From: Octopus vulgaris
Taxonomy: Eukaryota
Assembly (NCBI GenBank): GCA_951406725.2
Contig: OX597837.1
Coordinates: 16,678,001-16,742,000, forward strand
Direction: 5' to 3'
DNA: 64,000 nt
Positions 14,053-28,625 of the stretch are shown one piece after another. The translations under genes and the position numbers were made by a program. Positions within the stretch are counted from its first letter, which is position 1; each line of letters begins with the position of its first letter. The notes under the pieces were generated by a model, which was not told the origin of the DNA, did no database searches, and worked only from the letters and a program-made list of their open reading frames with translations.

Positions 14053-14167
14053 AGCCCGAAATTTACTTCAATCCCATCTCATGGAATTCATGTGGCGTTA
14101 TGAATTTAAGGACGAAATCTTCGGAAAGTCATTGGAACAAATTCGACATCTATATCCATGCGTTTGA
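14053..14167 (+). mobile_element. Merlin-like transposase C-terminal fragment
   Basis: LLQSHLMEFMWRYEFKDEIFGKSLEQIRHLYP resembles the ISXO2/Merlin C-terminal L.SYL.EFMWR...F..LL..I...YP motif. Confidence 0.65.
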
Positions 14168-14804
14168 GATCTTACAGAGTCTAGCATAAGTATCACATTT
14201 ATTTTAAAACTTAACTTCAAACTTCATTTGTTTTATATTTTGATAAATTCCCTCTGTTGAAAATTATATTTTTATATTCTAAATAATTTGCAATTTCAGA
14301 AAATATATTAACTTTGCATTTTTTAATTTGATAAATTCTACGGAAACAAACGAAGGTGCACGAGTGACCCCAGATTGACGTCACACTTTTTTTACTTTCC
14401 TCCTGACAGCTAATTCTCCGGTAGTGTTCTGGAATGTTCTCCTCCATTTGGAACTTTGATTTCTCTTCAATCTGGAAATATTTGTCTTGTTTTTTCACTG
14501 AAAATTGTTTATAAGTTAGTGCTTTTATGAATACATATTACTTAAAATGAATTTCGACGAGTAACGTTTGTAAACAAACAGTTTTCTGTATATGAGAGAA
14601 GTGAATATGGACTGCCGTGAAAATATCCAAAAGTTAGTTTTTATTTTTATTTATAACTCACTGAAAAAGATTTGTCCTGCTTCTAAGAATTGTGAAATAA
14701 GTCAACAGAAGAATTTCCAGTCATAAATTCTCGAAGTTGCTGTTTGTCCTCCACCGAAAAAGTAAGAATTTATTAATATTATTGTTGAACCATTTATCTT
14801 CTTA

Positions 14805-15501
14805 AGTTTTGTGTCAATTATGATGTATAGGGATAAATATATTGATTCTTAAACAAGAGACCTCTTTCTACCACCTACCTTCACACGCACACACACCTTT
14901 AAAAATAAGTCTATTACTTCAAATGTTAATGGTTTCTGTTAAGGCTCAGCAATTTTTAAACGATTTCTTGACTAGAATTTGGTTTGTCAATTGTTAAAAT
15001 AACTTTCAGTTCTTTAGACGTTCACATGATTAACAAGGCTAACGTGGGGTGGATAGAAATAGCAGTCAAATTACTCTCAGATCCATACAAGATCATGCAA
15101 TTGTTCAGTCTTGGAGCCCAATAACAAATCAACTTAGTTGTTTATGAAAGAAATCGATATTTAGAGAGTGAAAACGTGTTTTTCTCTCTTTTTTGCTGGA
15201 GCACCGACTTTGGTCGAGCAAATTGACCCCAGGACTTATTCTTTGTAAGCCTAGTACTTATTCTATCGGTCTCTATTGCCGTAAACAACGCACACACACA
15301 CACACACACACATATATAAACGACGGGCTTCTTCAGTTTCCGTCTACCAAATCCACTCACAAGACTATAGTAGAAGATACTTGCCCAAGGTACCATGCAG
15401 TGGGATAGAACCCGGAACCATGTGGTTCGTAAGCAAGCTACTTACCACACAGCCACTCATATATATACACATACACACGACTGGTTTTATTCATTTTCCA
15501 G
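14805..15501 (+). repeat. Local duplication, copy 2 (Helitron-empty), includes SINE on minus strand 15195-15460
   Basis: Matches 10065-10535 joined to 13085-13237. Confidence 0.9.
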
Positions 15502-16802
15502 GAGGGTGGACTGCTAAAAAATGCAGTGAAATCTGGATATGCTAGAAACAGCAGTCAAATCTCTTATATGGAAATCTTCATGTGTATGTGTGAGTGTGCG
15601 TGTGTGCTAGTCACCCACCCCCACATTCGCTTGACAACCGATGTCGGTGTATTTATGTCGACGAAGCTGAGCGCCTTGGCAAAAAGTGACCGATGGAATA
15701 AGTACTAGGCTTACAAGGAATAAGTCCTGGGATCGATTTGTTTCGACTAAAGGCGGTGCTCCAGCATAGCCGCAGTCAACATGTGGGAAAAAAAGTCAAA
15801 ACTGAAGAAGTTTGGGGGAAAGGCGGGGACAAAGTTTCACAATGCCGATTTTTGGCAATTTTCCGAAAACGGGGATTTTTGGCAGACACAATTACGAATT
15901 AATTTACACCGAGGAAATACGGAACTATGGTGGCTGAAAATTGATGTCTGACTTTTCGCAAAGCATTGTGGGATTGTCGTCTGTATGATTTGAATGGCGC
16001 GAGATTCAGTTTTTTATTGAATATTGGTCCTGCAGAGTGAAAGAAGTAAGTAAGAAATTATTATTAGACTGGAGAATGATACTCCACATCCCCATTAAGG
16101 ACTTTTTCGTTTTCAATGTACTCGAGTGTTGTTGTTTATGTTATTGTTGTGATGTGTGGTTGCATGTTCGAAATGTAATTAGATAAGTTGTCAACAGACA
16201 TTCTAACTGATTTGTCAGTCGAGAAGCATACAATCTCTCTATTTTTTAATTTGTTATGGCCTTTCTTAATTTTGGTGTCAAGATCACGGGTCTTATTTTT
16301 TGTTCGTTTTTGTTTATGCCTTTGGGTGTAATTAGAGAAAGCTGACAGGAGTTTGGATTTAGTAAGGGTAAACTTTGCTGTACTGGAACGAAAACAATTG
16401 CAGCATGGAAGGTGTTTATAAGCCATTTAAGAAACACACAAAAAGCGTTAGATTCACTTTAATATTTAAATTTAATTTGTCAAAATATTTTCGTTGTTTT
16501 GAGACTGCGACTTCTTCACTGACAAAATTCCGTGCTGCATCTGAGAAAGTAACAGTTAGTTCATGATATATATGTACGTACGTATGTATGTATGTATATG
16601 TGTACATGTATGTGCGCATGCCTATACGCATGTATGTATGTACTTATGTACTTGTGAGTATTTAGGAGAAATAGACGTGTCTGTGTGTGTACATGTGTAT
16701 GTACTTGCGAACGTATGTTTATGTAATATGTGTCAGTTCAATTTGTATACTTGACTGTTACCTTGCCACTCGCTATGCAAGTACATCTCTTTCTCTCTCT
16801 CT

Positions 16803-16895
<93 letters not shown>

Positions 16896-18749
16896 CAGAT
16901 TGTAACATAGATAAATATATAGACAGAAATAGATAGTCAGAAGAATAGACATACCAACTACCAAACACCTAGAAAGATAGACTGCTTGATAGCTCGATAG
17001 ATACATAGATAGATGCTTATGTTTTTTTATTGCTACTCATCACTCATTTTGTCCATTTTATGTTTCTCACCTGTACTGCCCTTTGTAAAGAATTAGCAAA
17101 CAGCTGTTTTGCAATAAAGGCTTGAATGGATTGAGAGCCATATGATAAACTGGTGAAGGAAGCATGGATTTAAACTCTGCCTTATTAATTGCTCATTGGT
17201 GAAATAGCATAAAAAATATTGTTTATGGTTAAGATTTCTTAATCAATATCAGTTTCTATATTAGTGTATGCATCTTTAGTGAAATGATGATGAACTCTCT
17301 TACAATATGACTATGTGAATTGCTGAAATTATGGTATATTGTAAATTTCACGAATATTTGAATGACAGGAAAACTATCCTGTTTCCTAACATGCAGATTT
17401 ATTTTTCCCAAGTCATTTAATTAATTGGTCATGTTTGTAAAACAGGGGAATGCCTCAAATTTTAGAGGAAGTGGTTAATTGATTAAATTGATCTTATTAC
17501 TTGACTTGCACTTTTTTTATCAACCATGAAAGGAAGAGAAACAAAGTTAGCCTCAACAGGATTTGAAACTAGAATATAAAGAGCTGGTAGAAATATTGGA
17601 AGGTATTTTGCCAACACTCTAACAATTGTGCCTCTCCACCATCTTAAGTTTAATAGAATAAAATCTGTGAATGAATTTTGATGAATTTCTTGTGTAGTTT
17701 TAATGAAAGTTGGTCTCACATTGCTTGCATTTATATCTTTCCTGAGACATGTAAAAGTTTCCATTTGTATAATACTTGGCTGCTTGTCACTTCAAATAAA
17801 GAGTATTGAACTGATATTAAAGCCAAAATTTTCCTTTCGCTACTATTAGGATGTTTTTCATTTTTACTTTCAGGGTTAAAAAATGAATGATTACACTTAT
17901 TGGTTTACATGCGAACTTTTGTTTATTTTATATCCTTCTATATGTTGGATATGCAAATTTCACGAAGTGGGGATAGACACAACTGTCTTCACACAACCTA
18001 CTTCAGATTACTCCACTAAACACAATACTCTAATAAATAGAAACTCTGAACAATGTCAACAACTTCCATGAACTCCCAATGACTCTCTTTGTCTCAACCA
18101 ATATGCTAATTTTTTTATAAGAGTTTTGCTAGTCCATTCTTCCAATCCCATAGGGGTGCCAATGACTCTCACCACAACAGTTTATACATGTATAATTTAC
18201 CAAAACAAGTATCCCCATGCGAAGCTTCACCTGTATGTAAGTACATAACTTTTTTGTTAATTTAAGTTTTCTGTTAGTTAACCATAGCTGTTTGTAAATT
18301 GAACACCTGTTTCTCTGTGTATATTGAACAATTTCCATAAGATATATATGTTTGCAAATGTAAAATATGTTTGTTTCCCAATGCCATGGTTTAGGGTCTA
18401 GTTCTACTGTGTGGCATTTTGGGCAAGAGTCTTCGACTATAGGTAGGGATCAACAAATGCATTTTTAGTGAAAGTGGTTGATGGGAACTATATGAAGCTT
18501 ATTGCATGTGTGTGTTACACCATATCAATTATGTGATGCATGTTATAGGTAACTGTTGACAAAAAGTGCAAAATACTCATTGAAAAATCAAAATAATTTA
18601 GAGTAATGTCAAGAAGGGATGTGGAATGGATAGTGAAAGGTCTGGCTTGGAAGGTGTCCCACAGTATTGCAGCCTGGGCCTATGTGTCATCTTGCTACTG
18701 CAAGAGAGTACAGACCATTGAATGTTTATGAAATATTGGCATCTAAGAT

Positions 18750-19040
18750 TATGAACTCTTTGGATTTACTGATTACCTTGATGTCAGTGAGATTGCCATT
18801 GTCAAACAAGAGATTTGTTACCTTAGTAAGTGTCTACCCTCCAACCATGTGTTCCTCTGAAGAGAAAAAAAAGACTAATATTTTATCTTTCATGAAAAAA
18901 GCTTCTATGCAGTGTTCTTTCTGCTTATAAAATCTTCATATTTGGTGATTTCAATGAAAGCATTTGCAGAGATAAAAAAGTTTGGGATATAATTGGGAAA
19001 CATGAAGCCAGAAAATGCAATAATAATGGCTTGTTTAGTA
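18750..19040 (+). mobile_element. Highly decayed RTE endonuclease fragment
   Basis: LMSVRLPLSNKRFVTLVSVYPPTM..FGDFNE..IGKHEARKCNNNG. Confidence 0.6.
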
Positions 19041-19544
19041 CTGCAAGTGTGTTCGATTTTTGCATATACTGGGTAACTGTCAATCTCCTAGTGTGGAGCA
19101 TGCTGTATTTGAGCACCAAATATGTGGGAGTATTTATGTCATCAAGATGAAAGGCAATTAGGTCTCATTAATTTCTGTTTGGTGAGTTGGCCCTGAGGAA
19201 AAATCTAGGCAACAAATTGAAATTAAGGCATGAAAGTCATTAGAGACACTTAGAGGATCTAGATCAAATTAGAGAAAGTGAAAACATCACAAAGTTTTTG
19301 ATGGAAAAAATTGGTTCATGTTGGAATGAGTGAATTTGAATGAATGTCAATAAAATCTTAGTGTGCATGAAAAGCTTGAGAGAGATTTTTGAAAAGGTCT
19401 TAATATTAATGTTTCCATTGTGTTTTGCTTCAAAAACTACATAGACATGACAGAATTAAATAGACATCCTTATAATTGTTAAAATTTATTTAAGTTATTT
19501 ATTAATTATTATAATGTGAATATCTAATATTTAGTAGACAGGCT

Positions 19545-20520
19545 CCTTGCATTTTTGAATGCAAGGACCCTAGCAGGCATGCTACTGATCTGATGAATAT
19601 TTTCTTCATGATTTTCTTGCCAAGTTTCTTGCAGTAATATCAAAAGATCTGGCTTTAAGGATGCTTTCTTTTTCTTTTTAGGAAGTATCCCATCCATCAT
19701 GTCTCAGAGGTGTTCAGTAGGGTTCATATCTGGTGATTGGCTTAGCTATGGAAGCTTTTTAATGCCATTCTCTTCCAACCAATCCTGGGTCTTTTAGTTG
19801 TGCAAGAAAGCCCTATCTTCCATAAATAGTGTTATTTAATCATTTTAACCCTGGATGTTATAGGAAGAAGATTTTTCTATAATATGGACACATTTATCTG
19901 AGTTTATGTATCCCTCACATTCCACCATTTCTGATCGACTATTGCTCCAAACTGCTCTCCAGACCATCACATGTTTCATTGTTGGCTGCAATATATTCAC
20001 GTGAAAATATTGGTGACTGATTCTCCAGACCCACATTCGACCATTGTCAGAAAATACAGCAAATCTGGATTCATCAGAGAATTTGACAGTGTCCCAAAGT
20101 GCTAGTGACCTCTCTACCATCTCACTTGTCCAATCTTTTCTCCATTTGATATTGGCTGGTCGAAGCAGTGTCTTCTTTCTTGCTGCTTTGCCATAATAGC
20201 CAATTTTGCAGAGATAACTGACAGCTATTCTGGGACTGACATCAACTTATTCTGCTATATTGGAGGCCTTGCAATGAGGATTATCTTACACACTTCTCTT
20301 AAGAAAGCAAAGTGTTCTGTCAGAGGGCCTTAGTCTACCTGGGTAAGGTGATATGGACTACTTTCCCGTTTAGTGAATTGAAAAATGACTCTATTTACTG
20401 TAGAAAGTGGAATCACAATGTTTTCTGTGGTTTTAGGCTAAGTCAGCCTTGAAATAGGCGCAGCATATGGCCTCTTTGTAAATTGGACATTTTTAAGGCT
20501 TCTTTTGTACATGGCATGAT
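19545..20520 (-). mobile_element. Tc1-like DD34E transposase pseudogene
   Basis: VKFSDESRF..VWR..QPTMKHVMVW; downstream FMEDRA and QSPDMNPTEHL; multiple stops. Confidence 0.85.
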
Positions 20521-22236
20521 TAAACAGTTACATATAGAACCTGAAACATATAAATGTCAATTAATAAAAAAAATATAAACCTCTTCAAGTTATAATAACC
20601 ATAAAACAATGTGTTAATGGGTATCTATTTACTTTTGTCATGTTTGTGTACAAATGTATCATTTGTTACAACTGCACTTTGAAAGAAAAAGAAAACCTTT
20701 AGTAGAAAATTAGCATTAGCTACGACAACGTTACCCAACTATTAAATCTTATATTTTTCAAACTCGTGCTAGGATGGAAAAATGAACGTAGGTATGAGAC
20801 TTATTTTTACACATGTATTGATGCATATAAAACATGAAATTATGTTGTCTACATACTTAAATACTTGCAATTAATTCATTGTAAGAACATAGAAATTTGA
20901 CAGGTTTTCTTGAGTTGTTGCTCATCTACAATAATCTGATAAGTTTGAGGTTATTGTTGGTTGCATAAGATTGTCATTGAATTTTCTCTCAACAGAAATA
21001 TCTAATCATTTTATCCATACTAGCATGGGTTGTGTGTGTCATGTTGATATCTGTTTCAGTTTAATTCCCTCTGCAATAGTTTCCTTTTTTTGTGTTTATG
21101 CAATATGGTACTTTCATAAAATACAGTCGTCTCTTGCCTTACACAGTATTGTTTCTTAGTTTCACTTTAGCACAATTTTGCTCATTTTCCTCTATTTCTT
21201 TCTTTTTGTTTTTGTTTTTACAAATATAGAAGTAGTAATTGCTTCAGTTTCTCATTATATTTTGTTAAATATTTTTGAATTTGAAATATTAAAATTGATT
21301 TCACTGGAAATGAAAATTCAATGTATAAAATTAACTTTAAACTAGATGTTCAGCATAAAATGCAAAAGTTTTACAAAAAGAATTGTCATCATCATTTAAT
21401 GTCCATTATCTATGCTGGCTTGGGTTGGACAGTTTCATCAGAGCTGGTAAGCTGAGGGTCTGCAGCAGACTCCAGTCTGATTTGTCATTGTTTCTATGGC
21501 TGGATGCCCTTCTTAACATCAAGCACTCCATGAGTGTTGTGGGCAGGGGTTGTGAAAAAAATTAATTGATGGGAAATTAATTACAATATATTGTCTTCTA
21601 AGGCACAGCATGTCATGAAAGGTGTCGGTCATTAGTCATTGCCTTTATAAGTTTCAACAGTCAAAGATCATGCATTACCACCTTGTCCAATGCCTTCTTA
21701 TGTCTGCTTCTTCTGCCATGTAGCATAGTTGTCTGCACAGGTATAATAAATCTGGCTTTCACTCTGAAGGAGAGACCCTTAGTTACCAAACAGAGGAAGG
21801 AGCTCTCTGAATTTGCTCAGCCTATTTTTATTCTTGCAGCCACACTCATCCACCTCTGCTACTGACTTTGTTGCTCAACAATCTTTATCGTACTCCTCTG
21901 GTATTTGATGAAGCCCATTTTCTGTACACTTTTAGTGTTTACTGTACATGTGCACCTTCCACATACAAAATATATTTTCCCAGTTTACTTTCCTCTGATA
22001 TTGCTACACCTATTATGTGTTATACAGAGTACATCTACCTACCTATTTCCTTCATATTGAGGATGGCCATGTACCTGAAGGGCTTTACGATTTATCAGTT
22101 TTCCTACTTCCTAAGACTTTGGGTTAGGGTTGGGTAGGTTAATTCTGTGACCTTTCAATTCTAGACCTTGCTTCCGTACGCACAATTTGTTCTCTAGTTC
22201 TGGTCGTGATTTAGCTATAAGAAGAAGCTCATTAGT

Positions 22237-24176
22237 AAATAAGTGTGAAAACTCTTTGCTTTCACAAACACTTTATGTACACTGATTGAAGCAATGAAAA
22301 AAAAGGTCCTCGGTATACCTGAAACGTGAAGGAAAATATTTGGATAATGAAACGAATAATGTATGGCTAATTGAATGTAGTGTAATAAATGATAATATAT
22401 GAGTGTTCAGTTGTCATCCTCTATGCCCTCCCCAATTCCTTTGAGAGAAGCAAAGAAGACTAATAATATGTATTAAATGATTAACAAAAATAATAATTAG
22501 TGCAAGAGACCCTTAATCAATATTGACGGTGTGACGATGAAGGAGCAACGTGTCAGTTGTGCATCAGGCTTTTGTGTCAGTCTTTGCGAGTCTGGCAGAG
22601 TGGCAAACAGGACAATTGCTGGATGGAGGATAAACTGCATCAGGCAAGGGTCACTTTTGGAAAGCAGGGGTTTCAAGGGGTGTTGGGGTATGACCACTTG
22701 TGGTAAAGGTGGGGTAAGTTGGCGTGGCTCTGTGGGTAGGCGGTGAGATGCATTTCTGGTCATGGTAATTTTGGAGTTGGGAAGTGGGCATTGGTGTTGC
22801 AGCTGCATGAGGTGCTGTTAAAGTCGGTTGAGAAGGTAGTCTCATCACTGGTGTTGGCGTAGGGAACGCATGTGGTCCAGACACCATGAGCAGTGGGCCA
22901 TGGGGAAGAAGCAGTAGATACTTCCAGAGGAATTTTGTTGCACAGTGTGACTCAGCCTGATCCATCCACTCTCAACATGTACAGATCGAAATGACGTACA
23001 TCTAAATGGCACCAGTTTTCCCCCCATTTGTAGGATTGGGTCAAACTTGGCTCTGGATTAGGACATAGTTCGAAAGAAGTGAGCATGTGTGTTTTGACAA
23101 CCGTTCAGTAGCACTCATGTTGTGTTTACGCAGGTCTTCTTTACAATAAGTCATAGTTTCATGCCATGTGGAATGTAGCTTGTACTTGCCGGGATGGATG
23201 GGAATAAAGTATTGTATAGGGCTGCCAAAGATGCACATGGCTGGGGACAAGTGTGTGTCCCGGTCAGGTGTATTTCTTTATTATAGCATTGTGCACTGGA
23301 AACTGTCAGTGTTAAGGAAGCCATTGGTGTCAGTGTTGTCTGTAACGAGGCCCTTTATTGTCTCAATACCGACTTTGGCGCGGCAGTTGTCATGGGGAAA
23401 TGCAATGGCGGTGATTCTCCCCAATTGTGGAAGAAGGTACAATGTCAGCTCATAGCTGATAGGGCAGTGTTAAGTGCCTGTGCGCCATTCGATGCTCCTT
23501 TAAGATGGTTTTCCAGACCTGTTAGGACATACCACCATTGTCTGTCACCAATTGACAGATGTACCAATGGGAATAGGCTTCATAACTCCAAGTGGAACAT
23601 TCCGGTCGAGACCTACTTTTACTTCCTCTTGCCAATGAACCAGGACTGGTATGGGCGTATGGTGGGCGACTGGTTTAGCATTAAGCGGATCGGTTGGTCA
23701 GACATCTTGGAGAATTGCCGATGGTTGCAGACGTTGAATGTGCTGGAGCTGTAGTATTGTAGCAGCTACTTCCTCAGGCGACAACGTTTTTCCTCAGTGG
23801 CTGGGAATGGTAGTGTAGTTGGAGGAGGGGTTTGTATTTGTTGTAGGTGGCAGGTGCATACATTCTGTGTCATTGTTGCAGATGATCGATGAGGCTTGTC
23901 AGTATTCTCTCCCATGGATTGTTTACAGGCCAACTCATGGCACAATCAGGTGCAGGACAGGGTACGTTGGTCATACTGACTCACTTTTTGTCATAAATAA
24001 GTCTGACAACTGTTTGCTTTCACCAATATTTTACGCAGTCTGAAGCAATGAGTAAAGGGTCTTCAGTATACCTGAAATGTGAAGGGAAAGATGATGGATA
24101 ATAAAATGAATAATATATGGTGAATTGAATGTAATGTAATAAATTGTAATATATGTGTGTTTAGTTGTAATCCTGT
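22237..24176 (-). mobile_element. Internally deleted Gypsy LTR retrotransposon with diverged direct repeats (about 22237-22423 and 23994-24176)
   Basis: Minus strand: PVAHHTPIPVLVHWQEEVKVGLD (pre-RT) joined to integrase C-half [34 protein letters not shown]; purine tract GGGGAGGG next to the left repeat. Confidence 0.7.
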
Positions 24177-25289
24177 AATCAGCATAGAGGAGTTGCTAGG
24201 GTCTGCCTGTTTTATATTTATCTGTTATTACCTGAATGATTATGATACCAACAAAAGTCAAGTACATAGGTTTATACTTGGTTAGGTACTGGGGTTTCTT
24301 ACCAGAAATATATCATGACTGGTGTTTCTTCCTGATGCAAAACCAAATTGCATCTCATCTAGATTAAGTCTTTTCCTAATTAGTTGGGCTATGATCCTCT
24401 CCGTGATTTTCATCATCTGAAGAAATTAGTGCCATTGCAAGCACTTTATTTTTAAAGCACACATCAGGCATATGTTAACATATTAGCAATGAGAAAGCGC
24501 TCTAATCGATGTCTACCTATATACATACATATATGCAGGGTAGCCATGTACTTTCTCTACAGCGACACACCTCTGCCTGTCTCTCTATCATACTACAGGT
24601 TAGGATGAAGCCACCTCTCTCACTACTAGCAGTCCACTCATCCTTGAAATTTACTTTTTAATTTTACTAGTGTCAGTGTTACCAAAACTTTTCTCAGACA
24701 TAGAAACCATGTGAAAACAGACATTAGATGTACGTGTAGTAATTCATCTCAGATAGTGTGAAATAGTCCAACCCATGACATGAAAAACGAATGTTAAATG
24801 ATGATGACACACATACACGTTAATTGTATTTCTTATATTAATTTCAATAATTAATTTGTTTCTATTTATAAATAAAAACAATTGATTTCGCATGAGAATG
24901 ATTAGTTTGATGACTTGTGGAAGCAATGTACTGTGTAAATGTAAGGACAACTGTATTTATTAAACAAGTGTATTTCATGATTCGACACATAGATAAAACT
25001 TGACTTTCAAGTGTTGGTTGATATTTTGCTTGTTGTTTGCATATCATGCCTTGTATTATAGATCCCAAATGGCCAAAGGTAAGTGGTCTTTCTTATTTTG
25101 GTGTGGGTTTGCTGTTAGGATTGGTTTTCAGAGTTTAGTCTATATTAGGGTCAGCTTGAGGATTTGTGAAGGGTTTTTAGAGAGAATAGTCAAGTAAGAG
25201 ATCAAAGTTTGAACTAGGGGTTGGGATTTGGGGTGATGAGGAGAGTAGAGATTGAACAGGTTTATTTATAGTGTTGATGACTGTTTTAT

Positions 25290-25745
25290 ATCGGGTTTAG
25301 CATTGAAAAGCAGGGATGGGGGCTGGGTGCTTGGATAAGATGCGGATGTCAGGTTGATCCAAGTTATCTCCATGGTGGTCTTTAGCATGTTGGTAGAGTA
25401 TAGAAGACTGTTTTCTGTCGTCAAGTTGTCTTAAATGTTCATTTATCTGTTCCGCAATGCTCTTAGATGTCTCCTCTATGTACATCATGTTCATGTCCTT
25501 ACAAGCACCTTCTATGCATCTTATATTGTAAACTACATTTCGAGTTCTACAGTTAATACCAGGGCTAATTCTACATGCCATGCAGTTATCAATTGTGCAT
25601 ATGGTATTCTTAAACGGGCATGTCCTTCATAATTGTGACCTGACGGAGTTCCTTGGCTTTTCAACAATTTTAATGTTGAGTTTGGTCTCTTTCAGAGCTA
25701 TTCTAAATCTACGGGCTAGTTCTCCATGGGCTCTGGCCTCTACTA
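25290..25745 (-). mobile_element. Penelope-like element GIY-YIG endonuclease fragment
   Basis: CRTRNVVYNIRC..MYIEETSKSIAEQINEH..SILYQHAKDHH. Confidence 0.75.
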
Positions 25746-25867
25746 ATATCACTCCTTGAATTTTTACTGGTGAGTGTGTATTTAATAATAAGGCACTAAA
25801 AGAGAAAGACTATCCCCAGACACAACAGAATATACACTGTTTTCGCTAATTATTCTTTCACTCACTT

Positions 25868-26034
25868 TTGCTACTTTCAGTTATTTGACTGCGGCCATGT
25901 TGGAGCACCGCCTTCAGTCAAACAAATAGAGCACAGGACCTATTCTCTTTTGCCGAACTGTTCAGTTACGGGTGCGTGAAGACAGCAGCATCGTTTGTCA
26001 AGCGCTGTTCGATGGATAAAGAGGCATACAAACG

Positions 26035-26099
<65 letters not shown>

Positions 26100-26270
26100 C
26101 ACACACGATGGGCTTCATTTAGTTTCCGTCTACGAAATCTATTCACAAGGCTTTGGTCACCCCGAGGCTATAGTTGAAGACACTTGTCCAAGGTTCCACG
26201 CAGTGGAACTGAACCCAGAACACAGTGGTTCGTAAGCAAGCTACTTATCACAAAGCTGCTCCTACGCCTA
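25868..26270 (-). mobile_element. Octopus-type SINE, diverged copy
   Basis: Colinear with 11044-11456. Confidence 0.8.
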
Positions 26271-26389
26271 GCAGTATATATATATATATTTATCTATTTA
26301 TAAAACTGAAATGCGAAAAGTTTGTTTGTTTGTCTGGAACGGTTTAAAGACCACTACATCCCGTCGGATTGACTCCAAAATTTACGGTT

Positions 26390-26944
26390 CGTGATCAATC
26401 ATTCTCGCAGAAATGCGTGCACAAACAGACACAGAATGTCATGGTTTAAAGGTCAACATGTTTAAAACATAAATAGCTACGAGTTTGCGTATATGCATGT
26501 ATCTATGTGCCTGGGTGCGGACGTGTGTTTCCAGAATGTCTCGGTTTTAAGGTCAACATATTTAAAACATAAATAGGTACGAGATTGCGTCTTTGCATGT
26601 ATCTATATTCGTGGGTGCGGACGTGTGAGTGTTTGTGCGTGTGTGAGCACAGTCCACCTATACCCAAGCTGGTTGCATCGTCTCAGAAGAACCAGCTGTG
26701 AAAGTTCCGGACCACATTAATGAACGCATTTGCATACAAACAATTAGTTCTCACCTTGAACTTGTCCGGTTAACAAACAGTAGTGTCTGAATGGGAATTA
26801 GCTTGATTACCTAACAAATGTTTCCGAGTTCAGTCCCACTGGGTGGCATGTTGGGCAAATGTCTTCTACTATAGTCTCGGGCCGACCAAAGCCTTGTGAG
26901 TGGATTTGGGAGACGGAAACTAAAAGAAGACTGTCGTATGTATG

Positions 26945-27001
<57 letters not shown>

Positions 27002-27526
27002 GTAGCAGTAAGAGTGGCTACGTAGCTTGCTTTCCAAACACGGTGTTTGTGGTTCTGTCCAACTACGTGGCCCCTTGGGCAAGTGTCTTCCAATATAGCC
27101 ACGGACAGACCAACGTTTCTGAGTAGATTTGGTACACCGAAACAGAAAGTAGCCTGTTGTATATAGATAGGTGTGTGTATATATATATATATATATACAT
27201 ATATATATGTAGAGAGAGACATAGGTATATATTGATATATTGACTGATATATGTATATACATATAGATATTTAAACATATATGGGATGGCCATAATGGGA
27301 CATCCGACTCACTAGAGAGAGCAGTTAAACTCCAAAAAATCGTAAAATCTATGTCATGTCTGAATAATATATTGGAAAGTTACCTCCTCTTGCTCATTAT
27401 AATTTATTAAAAGTAATATAATTGTATGTAAGGAAAGTAACTCTGGAAGATGTTATCTAGTTATCTCCCTTCCGAGATGTATGTGTTTGTGTATTTATAT
27501 GTCCTATATAGCGACGTATATATATA

Positions 27527-27570
<44 letters not shown>

Positions 27571-28564
27571 CACATACAGATATACGTGAATATACCAACA
27601 CACGTATCTGTAGTATCTAAAACAAAAAAGAAACTGTAAGGGATGGAATGGGAGTTCTTTCCGTTTTATTCAGAAAACTTGCATCTGTATGTGTGATAGT
27701 ATGTGCGTGCGTGCATTCTCGTGTGCCCTTCGAGTGCAAACAAACATACACAGACACACACACACACACACACACATTTAAACAAGTGTACGACGAGATT
27801 CTGTCAGTTTTCTTCCACTAAATCCCATCACAAGGATTAGCTAGGCCCTGGGCTACAATTGTATACAATTGCAGAAGATGACAGGCAGTGGGAATGAACC
27901 CGAAACCAGTTTCCCTCTACAAACTCCACTCAGAATACATTGGTCGGCCCTAGGCTAAAGTCGAATACACTTGCCGAAGATGCAACGCTGTTGGTTTGAA
28001 CTCAGCACATTGCGGTTCATGAGCAATCATTCTCACAGAAATGTGCGCACAAACAGACACAGAATGTCACGGTTTAAAGGTCAACATGTTTAAAACATAA
28101 ATAGCTACGAGTTTGCGTATATACATGTATCTATGTGCCTGGGTGCGGACGTGTGTTTCCAGAATGTCTCAGTTTTAAGGTCAACATATTTAAAACAAAT
28201 AGGTACGAGATTGCGTCTTTGCATGTATCTATATTCGTGGGTGCGGACGTGTGAGTGTTTGTGCGTGTGTGAGCACAGTCCACCTATACCCAAGCTAGTT
28301 GCATTGTCTCATAAGAACCAGCCGTGAAAGTTCCGGACCACATTAATGAACTCATTTGCATACAAACAATTAGTTCTCGCCTTGAACTTGTCCGGTTAAC
28401 AAACAGTAGTGTCTGAATGGGAATTAGCTTGCTTACCTAACAAATGTTTTCGAGTTCAGTCCCACTGGGTGGCATGTTGGGCAAATGTCTTCTACTATAG
28501 TCTCGGGCCGACCAAAGCCTTGTGAGTGGATTTGGGAGACGGAAACTAAAAGAAGACTGTCGTA

Positions 28565-28625
<61 letters not shown>

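Noticed and set aside
9875-15921. A 6-kb Tigger-like element bounded by TIR-like ends at 9875 and 15903-15921
   Set aside because: Ends match only loosely and the right end lacks a TA; could be fragments of separate MITEs
22119-22140. TTGGGTTAGGGTTGGG as an interstitial telomere
   Set aside because: Only one exact unit; too short to distinguish from chance
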